NCBI GenBank assembly: GCA_045811185.1
Contig: JBJMUN010000046.1
Location: 10,160 to 74,159 of the forward strand
Reading direction: 5' to 3'
Origin: Sphingomicrobium sp.
GTDB taxonomy: Bacteria > Pseudomonadota > Alphaproteobacteria > Sphingomonadales > Sphingomonadaceae
DNA length: 64,000 nucleotides
Shown here: one piece after another, positions 50,936 through 59,829 of the stretch
Layout of the letters: each line of letters starts with the position of its first letter
Position numbering within the stretch: the stretch's first letter is position 1
The notes under the pieces: model-generated
Seen by the model: the letters and a program-made list of their open reading frames with translations, nothing else
What the model was told of the DNA's origin: nothing
The model's database searches: none
Position numbers and translations under genes: made by a program

Positions 50936-52996
50936 TTATCCTGAGCGGAGCAGGCCGACGGCCTGGTCGCGTTCAAAGAGGTAGAGACAGATACGCGCAG
51001 CCTGCCCCCGAGGTCCGGCAAGGCCGCCGTCGCGGTCGAGGAGCAGCTGCGCGTCACTTTGCGCAACCGGCGCCAGGGTTTGGACGTCATCGGGAGTAGC
51101 GGCGCGGAAACCTTCCTCACCTGATTGCCGGGTTCCGAGGATTTCCCCAGGCCCGCGCAAGCGAAGGTCTTCCTCGGCAATGCGGAACCCGTCGCTTGTC
51201 TCGCGCATGAGGGCAAGACGAGCACGCCCGACCTCGGTCAGCGCCTGACCACGGATCAGCAGGCACACGCTCTTGCCGGTACCCCGCCCGACGCGCCCGC
51301 GCAGCTGGTGGAGCTGGGCAAGGCCAAAGCGCTCGGAGCCTTCGACGATCATCAGCGTGGCATTGGGCACGTCCACGCCAACCTCGATCACGGTGGTCGC
51401 GACGAGTACCGCGAGCTCGCCTGAAGCAAAGCGAGCCATCACCGCGTCTTTCTCCGGGCCCTTCATCCGCCCGTGAACCAGACCGATCGTGTCCTCGCCG
51501 AAGCGTGCCTTCAGCAGCCGCGCCCGCTCTTCCGCTGCAGCGGCGTCGGTCTTTTCACTCTCCTCAACGAGCGGACAGACCCAATAGGCCTGGTTCCCAG
51601 CGGCGATATGACGGCCGAGACCCTCGACGACGTCGGCAATCCGCTCCTCGCTGATTACCCTTGTTTCGACGGGCGTGCGGCCGGGCGGCATTTCGTCGAT
51701 GCGGCTGACGTCCATCTCGCCATATCGGGTAAGCGTGAGCGTCCGCGGGATGGGCGTCGCAGTCATCACCAGGAGATGCGGCGGGTGCTCGGCCTTGGAC
51801 GAGAGCAGCAGCCGCTGCGAGACTCCGAAGCGATGCTGCTCATCGATGACGGCGAGCCCGAGTTTCCTGTACGCGACCTTCTCCTGGAAGATGGCGTGCG
51901 TCCCGACAAGGATATCGATCGAGCCGTCGGCGAGTCCCATCAGCACGCTGTCACGCGCCCTGCCTTTTTCGCGGCCGGTGAGAATCGCGACGCGTACGCC
52001 GATGCTGTCGAGTTGCTTGAGCAAGGTCGCATGATGCTGACGGGCAAGGATCTCAGTCGGCGCGAGCAACGCTCCTTGAGCGCCCGACTCCACCGCCGTG
52101 AGCATGGCAAGGAGGGCAACGAGCGTCTTACCCGAGCCGACGTCGCCCTGGAGCAATCGAAGCATCGGCGCGGACTGCGCCATGTCGCCGCGGATCTCTT
52201 CGACGACTCGCCGCTGCGCACCAGTAAGCTGGTACGGCAGGCGAAGCTTGGCAGTCAGTTCACCGGAGCCCGGGAGCGGCACCGTTCGATGCCGCCGCTG
52301 CGACTGCCGCAGCAATAACAGAGCGAGCTGGTTCGCGAAAATCTCGTCATATGCGAGCCGCTTGCGCGCCTGGTCGATACCAGGCTCACGGTGCACGAGC
52401 GCGAGCGACGTTTGCCAGTCACTCCACGCCTCGCGGTTCATCAGGCCCGGCTCGATCCACTCAGGAAGCGCGGGAGCGCGCTCCAGCGCTTCGCGAACCA
52501 GCTCGCCAAGACGCCGGTTCGTTAGCCCCTCGGTCAATGGATAGACGGGCTCCCGCACGGCGGGCTGCGGGCCTTTTCCGGGCTCGCTCACCTCAGGGTG
52601 GATGATCTGCCACTCGTCGCCGTAGGCCTCGAGCTTGCCCGAGACCGTCCGGACCTCGCCGATCGGGAGGCTGCGCTTCGCCCAGCCGGGATTGTTGAAG
52701 TAGATGAGACTGATCCTGTTCCCGTCGCCATCGGCAGCGAACACGCGCATTGGCCCCCGCCCCGACCGGTTTTCGCGCGTATCGAAAGGCTTGAGGTCAA
52801 GGATGACATTGCGACCAAGAAGCGAGGCGGATGCAGCGGTCGCGCGGACCCGTTCGATCGAGCCCGTCGGAAGATGGTAAAGTAGGTCGACGGTCCGCAG
52901 CAGGTCGAGCTTTTTCAATAGCTTGGCGACCTGCGGCCCGACGCCTTTCAGCGCCTCCACTTCCGTGAACAGCGGGTTGAGGATTTCTGGCCGCAT
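50936..52996 (-). CDS. recG: ATP-dependent DNA helicase RecG
   Basis: OB wedge; LLQGDVGSGKT; APTEILARQH; DEQHRFG; TATPIPRTL; QLHQLRGRVGRG. Confidence 0.98.
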   Translation of the reverse strand: MRPEILNPLFTEVEALKGVGPQVAKLLKKLDLLRTVDLLYHLPTGSIERVRATAASASLLGRNVILDLKPFDTRENRSGRGPMRVFAADGDGNRISLIYFNNPGWAKRSLPIGEVRTVSGKLEAYGDEWQIIHPEVSEPGKGPQPAVREPVYPLTEGLTNRRLGELVREALERAPALPEWIEPGLMNREAWSDWQTSLALVHREPGIDQARKRLAYDEIFANQLALLLLRQSQRRHRTVPLPGSGELTAKLRLPYQLTGAQRRVVEEIRGDMAQSAPMLRLLQGDVGSGKTLVALLAMLTAVESGAQGALLAPTEILARQHHATLLKQLDSIGVRVAILTGREKGRARDSVLMGLADGSIDILVGTHAIFQEKVAYRKLGLAVIDEQHRFGVSQRLLLSSKAEHPPHLLVMTATPIPRTLTLTRYGEMDVSRIDEMPPGRTPVETRVISEERIADVVEGLGRHIAAGNQAYWVCPLVEESEKTDAAAAEERARLLKARFGEDTIGLVHGRMKGPEKDAVMARFASGELAVLVATTVIEVGVDVPNATLMIVEGSERFGLAQLHQLRGRVGRGTGKSVCLLIRGQALTEVGRARLALMRETSDGFRIAEEDLRLRGPGEILGTRQSGEEGFRAATPDDVQTLAPVAQSDAQLLLDRDGGLAGPRGQAARICLYLFERDQAVGLLRSG

Positions 52997-53050
52997 GATT
53001 GATTGTTAGCAACAGTTCCGCCGCTCGCAATGAGCGGCGATCATGACTAC

Positions 53051-53326
53051 ATGGCCAGCATGCCTTCCGACCCGGACCTGAAGCGCCTCGCCTGGCGAGC
53101 GCACCATCGCGGCACCAAAGAAGCCGACATGATGATCGGCGGATTCTTCGACGCACACCATAGGTCATGGTGCGCGCAAGACCGCGCGCTGTTCGCTCAA
53201 TTGCTTGAGGAGCAGGACGTGGACATCATGGCGTGGGCGTTAGGAACCGCGCAGGTCCCCGAACGCTTCGCAGGTCCCATGATAGATGCGCTGAAGCAGC
53301 TCAACTACATCCGGATCGCGCGATGA
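53051..53326 (+). CDS. sdhE: Succinate dehydrogenase flavinylation factor SdhE/Sdh5
   Basis: KRLAWRAHHRGTKEAD (RGxxE motif); recG-sdhE-mfd synteny. The start may be 53060. Confidence 0.9.
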   Translation: MASMPSDPDLKRLAWRAHHRGTKEADMMIGGFFDAHHRSWCAQDRALFAQLLEEQDVDIMAWALGTAQVPERFAGPMIDALKQLNYIRIAR

Positions 53327-56300
53327 GCGAACCGCTGCAGCGGGTCCTCCGCGCTGACAGACCGCTGACACTTGCGGGCGTTCCAACGGGATTCTTGCCC
53401 TGGCTCGCCGCCGATCTTGCGCGTGCTGCGCATGGCTCGAGCAGGAGTGGGCGTGCGGTCGCGATCGTCGCCGATGAAGCCGCGATGCGAGGGCTCGCCG
53501 AAACGGTACCGCTATTCGCGCCTGAAGTGCAGGTTCTGACGCTGCCCGGCTGGGACTGTCTGCCCTATGACAGGGCGTCCCCTGCCCTCCGCGTCATGGC
53601 GGAGCGGCTGGCGACCTTGAGCGCACTTCAGACGAAACTCGACAAGCCGCAACTGCTCGTCGCAACGGCCAGCGCCGCATCGCAGCGGCTACTCACCCGA
53701 TTCCGCATCCGCCAACTCACGCGCCGGATTTCCGAGGGAGAACGGATCGAACGCGAAGCCCTCGTCGGCCAGCTGAACGCCCTTGGCTATCAGCGCGCCG
53801 ACACGGTTGCCGAGCATGGCGAATATGCCGTCCGCGGCTCACTCATTGATCTGTTCCCTGCCGGCCAGGAACTCGCCTTTCGTCTCGACTTCTTCGGCGA
53901 CGAGATCGACAGCGTCCGCCGTTTCGATCCCGCCGACCAGCGCTCGACGGACAAGGCGGAAGCATTCACCCTGATGCCCGCATCCGAGGCGCTCGTCGAT
54001 GTCGATGCCATCAAGCGCTTCCGCTCGCGATATCGCGAGAAATTCGGCGCCACGGCAACGCAGGACCCTCTCTACCAGGCGCTGTCCGATGGCCGCCGCA
54101 TGGCCGGCATGGAGCATTGGCTGCCACTCCTCGAAGAAAGGCTGGAAACCCTCTTCGATCATCTTGGCGAGAACGACCTGGTCATCCGTGATGTCGGTGC
54201 CGATCAGGCGCTCGACAGTCGTCGTGAGGCGATCGACGATTATTACCAGAATCGCGTTCGCGCGATGGAAGGCGAACCCGGGAGCTACCGACCGCTCGAG
54301 CCTGGCGCTCTATATTTCTCGAAGAAGGAATGGGAAACGATCGAAGCCGATCGACCCATTCATCTTGCCTCGCCATTCCCGGAGCCAGAGTCCGAGCGAG
54401 TTCTCGATTTCGGGGTTCAGCCCGCCCGGGACTTCGCGCCCGAGCGGGCGCAGCAGGCGAATGTCTACGAAGCCGTCGCCAACCATATCGGCAAGCTGCG
54501 CAGGAGCGGCCGCAAGGTCGTGCTTGCAAGCTACACTCGAGGCGCGCGCGAGCGTCTCTCCGGCCTCCTCGAAGATCATGGCCTCAAGGCGCAGAAGCAG
54601 GCTGACAGCTGGCAGGAAGCGCTCGGTTCGAAGACGCAGCCAGCGCTGCTCGTTCTGCCCCTGGAGCATGGTTTCACCACTCCCGATCTCGCGGTGCTCA
54701 CCGAGCAGGACATGCTCGGCGACCGCCTCGTCCGCCGCCGCAAGAAGCGAAAGGGCGCCGCGGCCTTCCTGCAGGAACTGGCGACGCTTTCGCCGGGCGA
54801 TCTCGTGGTCCACGCCGATCATGGCATCGGTCGTTACGAGGGCCTCACGCAGATCAAGGTAGGCAACTCGCCGCACGACTGCGTCGCGCTCGAATATTCC
54901 CGGGGTAACAAGCTTTACCTGCCGGTCGAGAATATCGAGCTGCTGACGCGCTACGGCAGCGAAAGCGAAGGCGTCTCTCTCGATAGTCTCGGCGGCGAAG
55001 CCTGGCAGCGGCGCAAGTCGCGGATGAAAGAGCGGATCCGGGAGATCGCCGGCGAGCTCATCAAGGTTGCCGCGCTACGCGCAACACGGCCAGGGGTCAT
55101 CGCTGAGCCGGACGCGAGCTATCCCCAGTTCGTCGACCGCTTTCCTTATGAGGAAACGGACGATCAGGAACGGGCGATCTCCGACGTGCTTGAGGACCTC
55201 GAGGCGGGCAAGCCCATGGACCGGCTGGTTTGCGGCGACGTCGGCTTCGGCAAGACCGAGGTTGGCCTTCGCGCAGCATTTGTCATGGCGATGTCTGGAA
55301 AACAGGTGGCTCTCGTCTGTCCGACGACCCTGCTTGCACGTCAGCACTACAAGAACTTTGTCGATCGGCTGCACGGCTTTCCGCTGAACGTGGGACGGCT
55401 CTCGCGACTGGTTCCCGCTGCCGAGGCAAAGAAGACGAAGGAAGGCCTCGCCGACGGAACGCTCGACATCGTCATTGGCACGCATGCGATCCTTGCCAAG
55501 AGCATCGAGTTCAAGCGGCTGGGGCTCGTGATCGTTGATGAGGAGCAGCATTTCGGCGTCACCCACAAGGAGCGCCTCAAAGCGCTTCGGGCCGACGTTC
55601 ACGTGCTGACTCTGACGGCGACGCCGATACCGCGAACGCTGCAGATGGCGATGACCGGTCTTCGCGAGCTCTCGGTCATTCAGACGCCTCCGATCGATCG
55701 TCTCGCCGTGCGCACCTACGTCACGCCGTGGGACGGCGTCGTGCTCCGTGAAGCGCTGCTGCGTGAGCATCATCGCGGCGGTCAGAGCTTCTTTGTTGCC
55801 CCGCGCATTGCCGATCTTCCAGACCTCGAGGAATGGCTGCGCGAGCAAGTGCCGGAGGTAAAATTCATCACCGCGCACGGCCAGATGAGCCCGACCGAGG
55901 TCGAAGAGCGGATGAGCGCGTTCTACGACGGCAAATATGACGTGCTGCTCTCAACAACGATCGTGGAAAGCGGTCTCGACATTCCGAGCGCCAACACATT
56001 GATCGTCTATCGGTCAGATCGTTTCGGTCTCGCCCAGCTCTACCAATTGCGTGGCCGTGTCGGTCGCTCGAAGACCCGCGCTTATTCTTACCTGACCATG
56101 CCTGCCGATCGATCGATCACCGAGGCGGCGCAAAAGCGGCTGCAGGTTCTGGCCGACCTCGACAGCCTCGGCGCAGGCTTCCAGCTGGCCAGTCACGATC
56201 TCGATATTCGCGGCGCGGGTAACCTGCTCGGAGACGAGCAATCCGGCCATATCAAGGAGGTCGGATTCGAGCTCTACCAGTCGATGCTCGAGGATGCGAT

Positions 56301-56823
56301 CGTCGATATAAAAGCTGGCGGCGCGGCGGTGCGGGAGGAGTTCACTCCGCAGATCAGCGTCGATGCTCCGATCATGATTCCCGAAGACTATGTCCCAGAC
56401 CTCGATCTTCGCATGGGTCTCTATCGGCGTTTGGCTGATCTCGACGATCGGCAGGCAATCGAGGCCTTTGCGGCGGAGCTGATCGACCGCTTCGGGAAGT
56501 TGCCGGAAGAAACTGCCAACCTCATGAAGATCGTCGAGGTGAAGCAAAACCTGAAGCAGGCGATGGTCGCCAAGCTGGACGTAGGCCCAAAGGGCGGCGT
56601 CATCACGTTTGCCGAGGGCGGCTTTCCCGATCTTGCGGGGCTGCTCGGCTACATCGAGCGGCTCAAGGGAACTGCAAAACTCCGTCCGGACAGCAAAATG
56701 ACCGTGTCTCGCGACTGGCAAACGCCAGATGCGCGGCTCAATGGCGCGCTGCAGCTGTCGCGTGGCCTCGCTCGCGTCGCGGCCGCCGGGAATGCCGCGC
56801 AAAAGGAGCTGGAGCCCGCCTAA
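53323..56823 (+). CDS. mfd: Transcription-repair coupling factor
   Basis: ATGA overlap with sdhE; PGWDCLPYDR; LVVHADHGIGRY; CGDVGFGKTE; DEEQHFG; QLYQLRGRVGRS; TRCF domain. Confidence 0.98.
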   Translation: MSEPLQRVLRADRPLTLAGVPTGFLPWLAADLARAAHGSSRSGRAVAIVADEAAMRGLAETVPLFAPEVQVLTLPGWDCLPYDRASPALRVMAERLATLSALQTKLDKPQLLVATASAASQRLLTRFRIRQLTRRISEGERIEREALVGQLNALGYQRADTVAEHGEYAVRGSLIDLFPAGQELAFRLDFFGDEIDSVRRFDPADQRSTDKAEAFTLMPASEALVDVDAIKRFRSRYREKFGATATQDPLYQALSDGRRMAGMEHWLPLLEERLETLFDHLGENDLVIRDVGADQALDSRREAIDDYYQNRVRAMEGEPGSYRPLEPGALYFSKKEWETIEADRPIHLASPFPEPESERVLDFGVQPARDFAPERAQQANVYEAVANHIGKLRRSGRKVVLASYTRGARERLSGLLEDHGLKAQKQADSWQEALGSKTQPALLVLPLEHGFTTPDLAVLTEQDMLGDRLVRRRKKRKGAAAFLQELATLSPGDLVVHADHGIGRYEGLTQIKVGNSPHDCVALEYSRGNKLYLPVENIELLTRYGSESEGVSLDSLGGEAWQRRKSRMKERIREIAGELIKVAALRATRPGVIAEPDASYPQFVDRFPYEETDDQERAISDVLEDLEAGKPMDRLVCGDVGFGKTEVGLRAAFVMAMSGKQVALVCPTTLLARQHYKNFVDRLHGFPLNVGRLSRLVPAAEAKKTKEGLADGTLDIVIGTHAILAKSIEFKRLGLVIVDEEQHFGVTHKERLKALRADVHVLTLTATPIPRTLQMAMTGLRELSVIQTPPIDRLAVRTYVTPWDGVVLREALLREHHRGGQSFFVAPRIADLPDLEEWLREQVPEVKFITAHGQMSPTEVEERMSAFYDGKYDVLLSTTIVESGLDIPSANTLIVYRSDRFGLAQLYQLRGRVGRSKTRAYSYLTMPADRSITEAAQKRLQVLADLDSLGAGFQLASHDLDIRGAGNLLGDEQSGHIKEVGFELYQSMLEDAIVDIKAGGAAVREEFTPQISVDAPIMIPEDYVPDLDLRMGLYRRLADLDDRQAIEAFAAELIDRFGKLPEETANLMKIVEVKQNLKQAMVAKLDVGPKGGVITFAEGGFPDLAGLLGYIERLKGTAKLRPDSKMTVSRDWQTPDARLNGALQLSRGLARVAAAGNAAQKELEPA

Positions 56824-57584
56824 GGCTTCACGAATTTGTAGGCGAACTGGCTCGTGTGGCCGCGGATCGACTTGTCGAATACCGGGATGTCGAGCGGATC
56901 TGCAGGGTTGTTCAGAGCCTTGCTTTCGCCTGCAAACTTGAACCCTGCTCCCTCGACGATCTTGCGGACTTCGACCGGATCGATGCGGTGAAGCGTGTCC
57001 GTGTCGGCCAGACCCCTGCCGGGCCTCGACATATGGTCGATGATCATGAACGTCCCCCCTGGCTTCAGGATCTTGAACGCGTCCTTTGCCAGCTGTGAAG
57101 GGTCGCCCTTACCCATGAACTCGTCGGGATAGTCGTGGAAGTTCTGGGACGTCCACACGACGTCCAGCGGCTCCGGTGCGGTCAGAGCCGTCCATGGCTG
57201 TACCTCCGTCACGACGTTCCCGTAATATTTGTCGGCGGAGATCTTCCGGAGGTCGGCGACATTGCCCATGGCCTCGCGCGCGTAGGCCTGTGGCCAGACC
57301 GCATAGACCTTGCCTTTCGGGCCCACCAGCTTGCTGAAGATGAGCGTCCAGTATCCGCTGCCCGGAATGAGATCGAGAACCTTGTCGCCTGGTTTCACGC
57401 CGGCAAGCGCAATCAAGGGTCCCGGCCGGCGACGGGCATCCGCCGCGTCCCGGTCCTTTTGCCTTGCCGGATCAGCCAGTGCGGCATCAAGGGCGTGTTG
57501 CGAGAATTGCCGTGGCTTCTCAGCCCTATTGCAGCTGGTAAGCAGGACGGAACCGAGCGCCAGTCCGAATGCGAACTTGTTCAT
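56820..57584 (-). CDS. Class I SAM-dependent methyltransferase with lipoprotein signal (COG4798-like)
   Basis: Lipobox LLTSC; VLDLIPGSGYWT (motif I variant); NFHD; LKPGG..IIDH; LHRID. Confidence 0.85.
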   Translation of the reverse strand: MNKFAFGLALGSVLLTSCNRAEKPRQFSQHALDAALADPARQKDRDAADARRRPGPLIALAGVKPGDKVLDLIPGSGYWTLIFSKLVGPKGKVYAVWPQAYAREAMGNVADLRKISADKYYGNVVTEVQPWTALTAPEPLDVVWTSQNFHDYPDEFMGKGDPSQLAKDAFKILKPGGTFMIIDHMSRPGRGLADTDTLHRIDPVEVRKIVEGAGFKFAGESKALNNPADPLDIPVFDKSIRGHTSQFAYKFVKP

Positions 57585-57648
57585 CGCGCCTCCTCCTTGC
57601 CTGCAAAGCAGAACCGGCGGCCCAAGGCCTGGCCGTTTCGACGAATGG

Positions 57649-58482
57649 TCAGGCGGCTTCGGCGTTCGAGGCCGCAACGAAGCGGCTCAGTTCCTCATGC
57701 GTAAGTGCGCCGGCGCCGAGGAAGCCCTGGTAAAGGTCACATCCCCATTCCACCAGGAGGCCAAGCTGGCCGATCGTCTCGACGCCCTCGATCACGACCT
57801 TGAGGTCGAGCTCCCGCGCCAGATGGATGAGTGCCTTGACGACGATGCGGTCACGCTCGCGTCCTACGATGTCGGCAACGAGGCCGCGATCGATCTTGAT
57901 TGCGTCCAGCGGCAGCGTCGTCAGGTAAGCGAGGCTCGCATAGCCCGTGCCAAAGTCGTCGACGGCGATTGTAATACCCGCGTCGCGCAGATGGCTCAGC
58001 CTTTCGGCAACCGCGTCCTGGTCGACCAGTAAGGCGCTTTCGGTAATCTCCGCTGTCACTCGCCGCGGGTCGATGCCCGCCACAGCGACTTCATCGAGGA
58101 GCCATTCCTCGTAACCCGCACGTGAGATGTCCGCCGGAAGGACATTGATCGATATGCCGAGGCCTTTGAGCGAGCCCTCCCAGACTGCGGCGCAGCGGAG
58201 CGCTTTTCGCTGAACAAGCCGGGACAGCCGCTCCGCCAACCCGCCAGCCGATGCGCGCGCGAAGAGCAGCTGCGCGTCTTTCACAATTGGTGATCGCGCC
58301 AGGGCCTCCGCGCCCACGATACAACCCGTCGCCGGGTCGATCAGGGGCTGGAACAGAACGTCGACCTGCTCATGCGCGATCGCAGCTTCGAGAAGCATGT
58401 CACGCAATGGGGCAGCGGGCGGCATTGCCCCGATGTCCGACGCCCGCCGTCCCCACTTACTGATGCCATCCCAGGTCAACAC
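57649..58482 (-). CDS. Stand-alone EAL-domain c-di-GMP phosphodiesterase
   Basis: FQP, EAL, SIN, EITES, DDFGTGYASL, KIDR, EGVE, QGF all present. Start uncertain; GTG 58482 chosen. Confidence 0.9.
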   Translation of the reverse strand: MLTWDGISKWGRRASDIGAMPPAAPLRDMLLEAAIAHEQVDVLFQPLIDPATGCIVGAEALARSPIVKDAQLLFARASAGGLAERLSRLVQRKALRCAAVWEGSLKGLGISINVLPADISRAGYEEWLLDEVAVAGIDPRRVTAEITESALLVDQDAVAERLSHLRDAGITIAVDDFGTGYASLAYLTTLPLDAIKIDRGLVADIVGRERDRIVVKALIHLARELDLKVVIEGVETIGQLGLLVEWGCDLYQGFLGAGALTHEELSRFVAASNAEAA

Positions 58483-58658
58483 GTCAGTTGTCCCCCCACC
58501 CGTTCCGTTGCTGTTCCTGGTCGACACCGGACTGGAGTTAACGGTCGGCCGGCGAAGCTGGAACCGCCTCGCGGGGCCGCGATCCGAAACGGGACAGTGA
58601 CCTTGCCCTTTTGAGCCCCTATCTTGCATTCCAATCGACGTTGACGAGGAGCGACGAT

Positions 58659-59477
58659 TTGAACGCCAACGCGGCTACTCCAGGCGAGCATTCGCCGGCT
58701 GACCTCAAGAGCCTTCGCATCGGGCTCCTTTCGTCGCATACGGATGTCGCCGAAGCAGCCGAGACGCTGCTGCGCCGTCGCTACCAGTTCGCGCAAGACG
58801 ATGATGCGGACACTTTCGTGGCCCTTGGCGGCGACGGGTTCATGCTGCACACGCTCCACCACATGCTCGAAGTCGGGGATCCCAAGCCCGTTTTCGGTAT
58901 GAATCGCGGTACAGTCGGGTTCCTGATGAACGATTGGCGCATCGATCGCCTTCCCGAGCGCATTGCGGCCGCCAAGGCCATCCGCGTCGCTCCGCTTGAA
59001 ATGTGCGCGACGACAGTCAGCGGAGAAAAATTCACCTACGCGGCGATCAACGAAGTTTCCTTGCTGAGGGAAACGCGGCAAACGGCGAAAATCGAGATCA
59101 GCGTCAACGGCCGCGTTGCCCTGCCGGAGCTTGCTTGCGACGGCGTGCTCGTCGCCACGCCTGCCGGCTCGACGGCGTACAACCTCTCGGCGCGGGGTCC
59201 GATTCTGCCACTCGCAGCCAGGATGCTCGCGCTGACGCCGATCAGCCCCTTCCGCCCACGCCGCTGGTCCGGAGCGATCCTGCCGGACGACACCGCGGTC
59301 TGCTTCAAGATCCTCGAAGCTAAGAACCGGCCTGTCTCGGCCGTGGCCGACCAGATCGAGGTGCGCGATGTTGCCCGCGTCGAGGTGCGCCTCGACAAAG
59401 AGCGTTCGCTCACGCTCCTGTTCGATCCCGAGCATGCCCTCGACGAACGCATTGCAATGGAGCAATTTGCGACCTGA
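58659..59477 (+). CDS. nadK: NAD kinase
   Basis: LGGDG, GMNRGTVGFLMN, INEVS, DGVLVATPAGSTAYNLSA; TTG start with SD GAGGAG. Confidence 0.95.
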   Translation: MNANAATPGEHSPADLKSLRIGLLSSHTDVAEAAETLLRRRYQFAQDDDADTFVALGGDGFMLHTLHHMLEVGDPKPVFGMNRGTVGFLMNDWRIDRLPERIAAAKAIRVAPLEMCATTVSGEKFTYAAINEVSLLRETRQTAKIEISVNGRVALPELACDGVLVATPAGSTAYNLSARGPILPLAARMLALTPISPFRPRRWSGAILPDDTAVCFKILEAKNRPVSAVADQIEVRDVARVEVRLDKERSLTLLFDPEHALDERIAMEQFAT

Positions 59478-59491
59478 CGGCCTGTTCGCAC

Positions 59492-59519
59492 TTGCCTTTA
59501 AGGAAGTGTCCGCTATCTA
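59492..59519 (+). promoter_or_regulatory. Sigma70-type promoter of tRNA-Asn with GC-rich discriminator
   Basis: TTGCCT-N16-TATCTA followed by GCCCGCGCGCC. Confidence 0.55.
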
Positions 59520-59545
59520 GCCCGCGCGCCTCACGACGAGGCTGC

Positions 59546-59620
59546 TCCCCGGTAGCTCAGCGGTAGAGCATCCGACTGTTAATCGGACGGCCGCCTGTTC
59601 GAATCAGGCCCGGGGAGCCA
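59546..59620 (+). tRNA. tRNA-Asn(GTT)
   Basis: TCCCCGGTAGCTCAGCGGTAGAGCATCCGACTGTTAATCGGA...GCCTGTTCGAATCAGGC-CCGGGGA-GCCA; 75 nt. Confidence 0.96.
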
Positions 59621-59802
59621 TTTTATTTGGACCTCCCAGAAAAAACGAAGCGGCCGAGCTTGGACGTCCCGGCCGCTCCGGCGAGGCGTGTTCGTGTCCG
59701 CCAAGAGGACCACCCCGCAGCGCCATCAACTCCGAATTATTGATCTGTGCTCCAGAGGGTTCCCGCGATCGTTTCACTGTGGGACAATGATGCCTCGCGA
59801 TT

Positions 59803-59819
59803 ACCATCCGGTGGATGGT
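59803..59819 (-). terminator. Hairpin after putA
   Basis: ACCATCC-GGT-GGATGGT just beyond the putA stop; no U-tail. Confidence 0.35.
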
Positions 59820-59829
59820 CCGACCGGCA

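Noticed and set aside
53010-53030. LexA-like box upstream of recG (GAAC-N7-AACA on the minus strand)
   Set aside because: The second half-site does not match, and it lies in a hairpin region of the recG/sdhE divergent promoter.
59745-59785. CCCTCTGGAG on the minus strand, reminiscent of AbcR sRNAs
   Set aside because: Only a short match, without the AbcR hairpin and terminator layout; AbcR is known from Rhizobiales.
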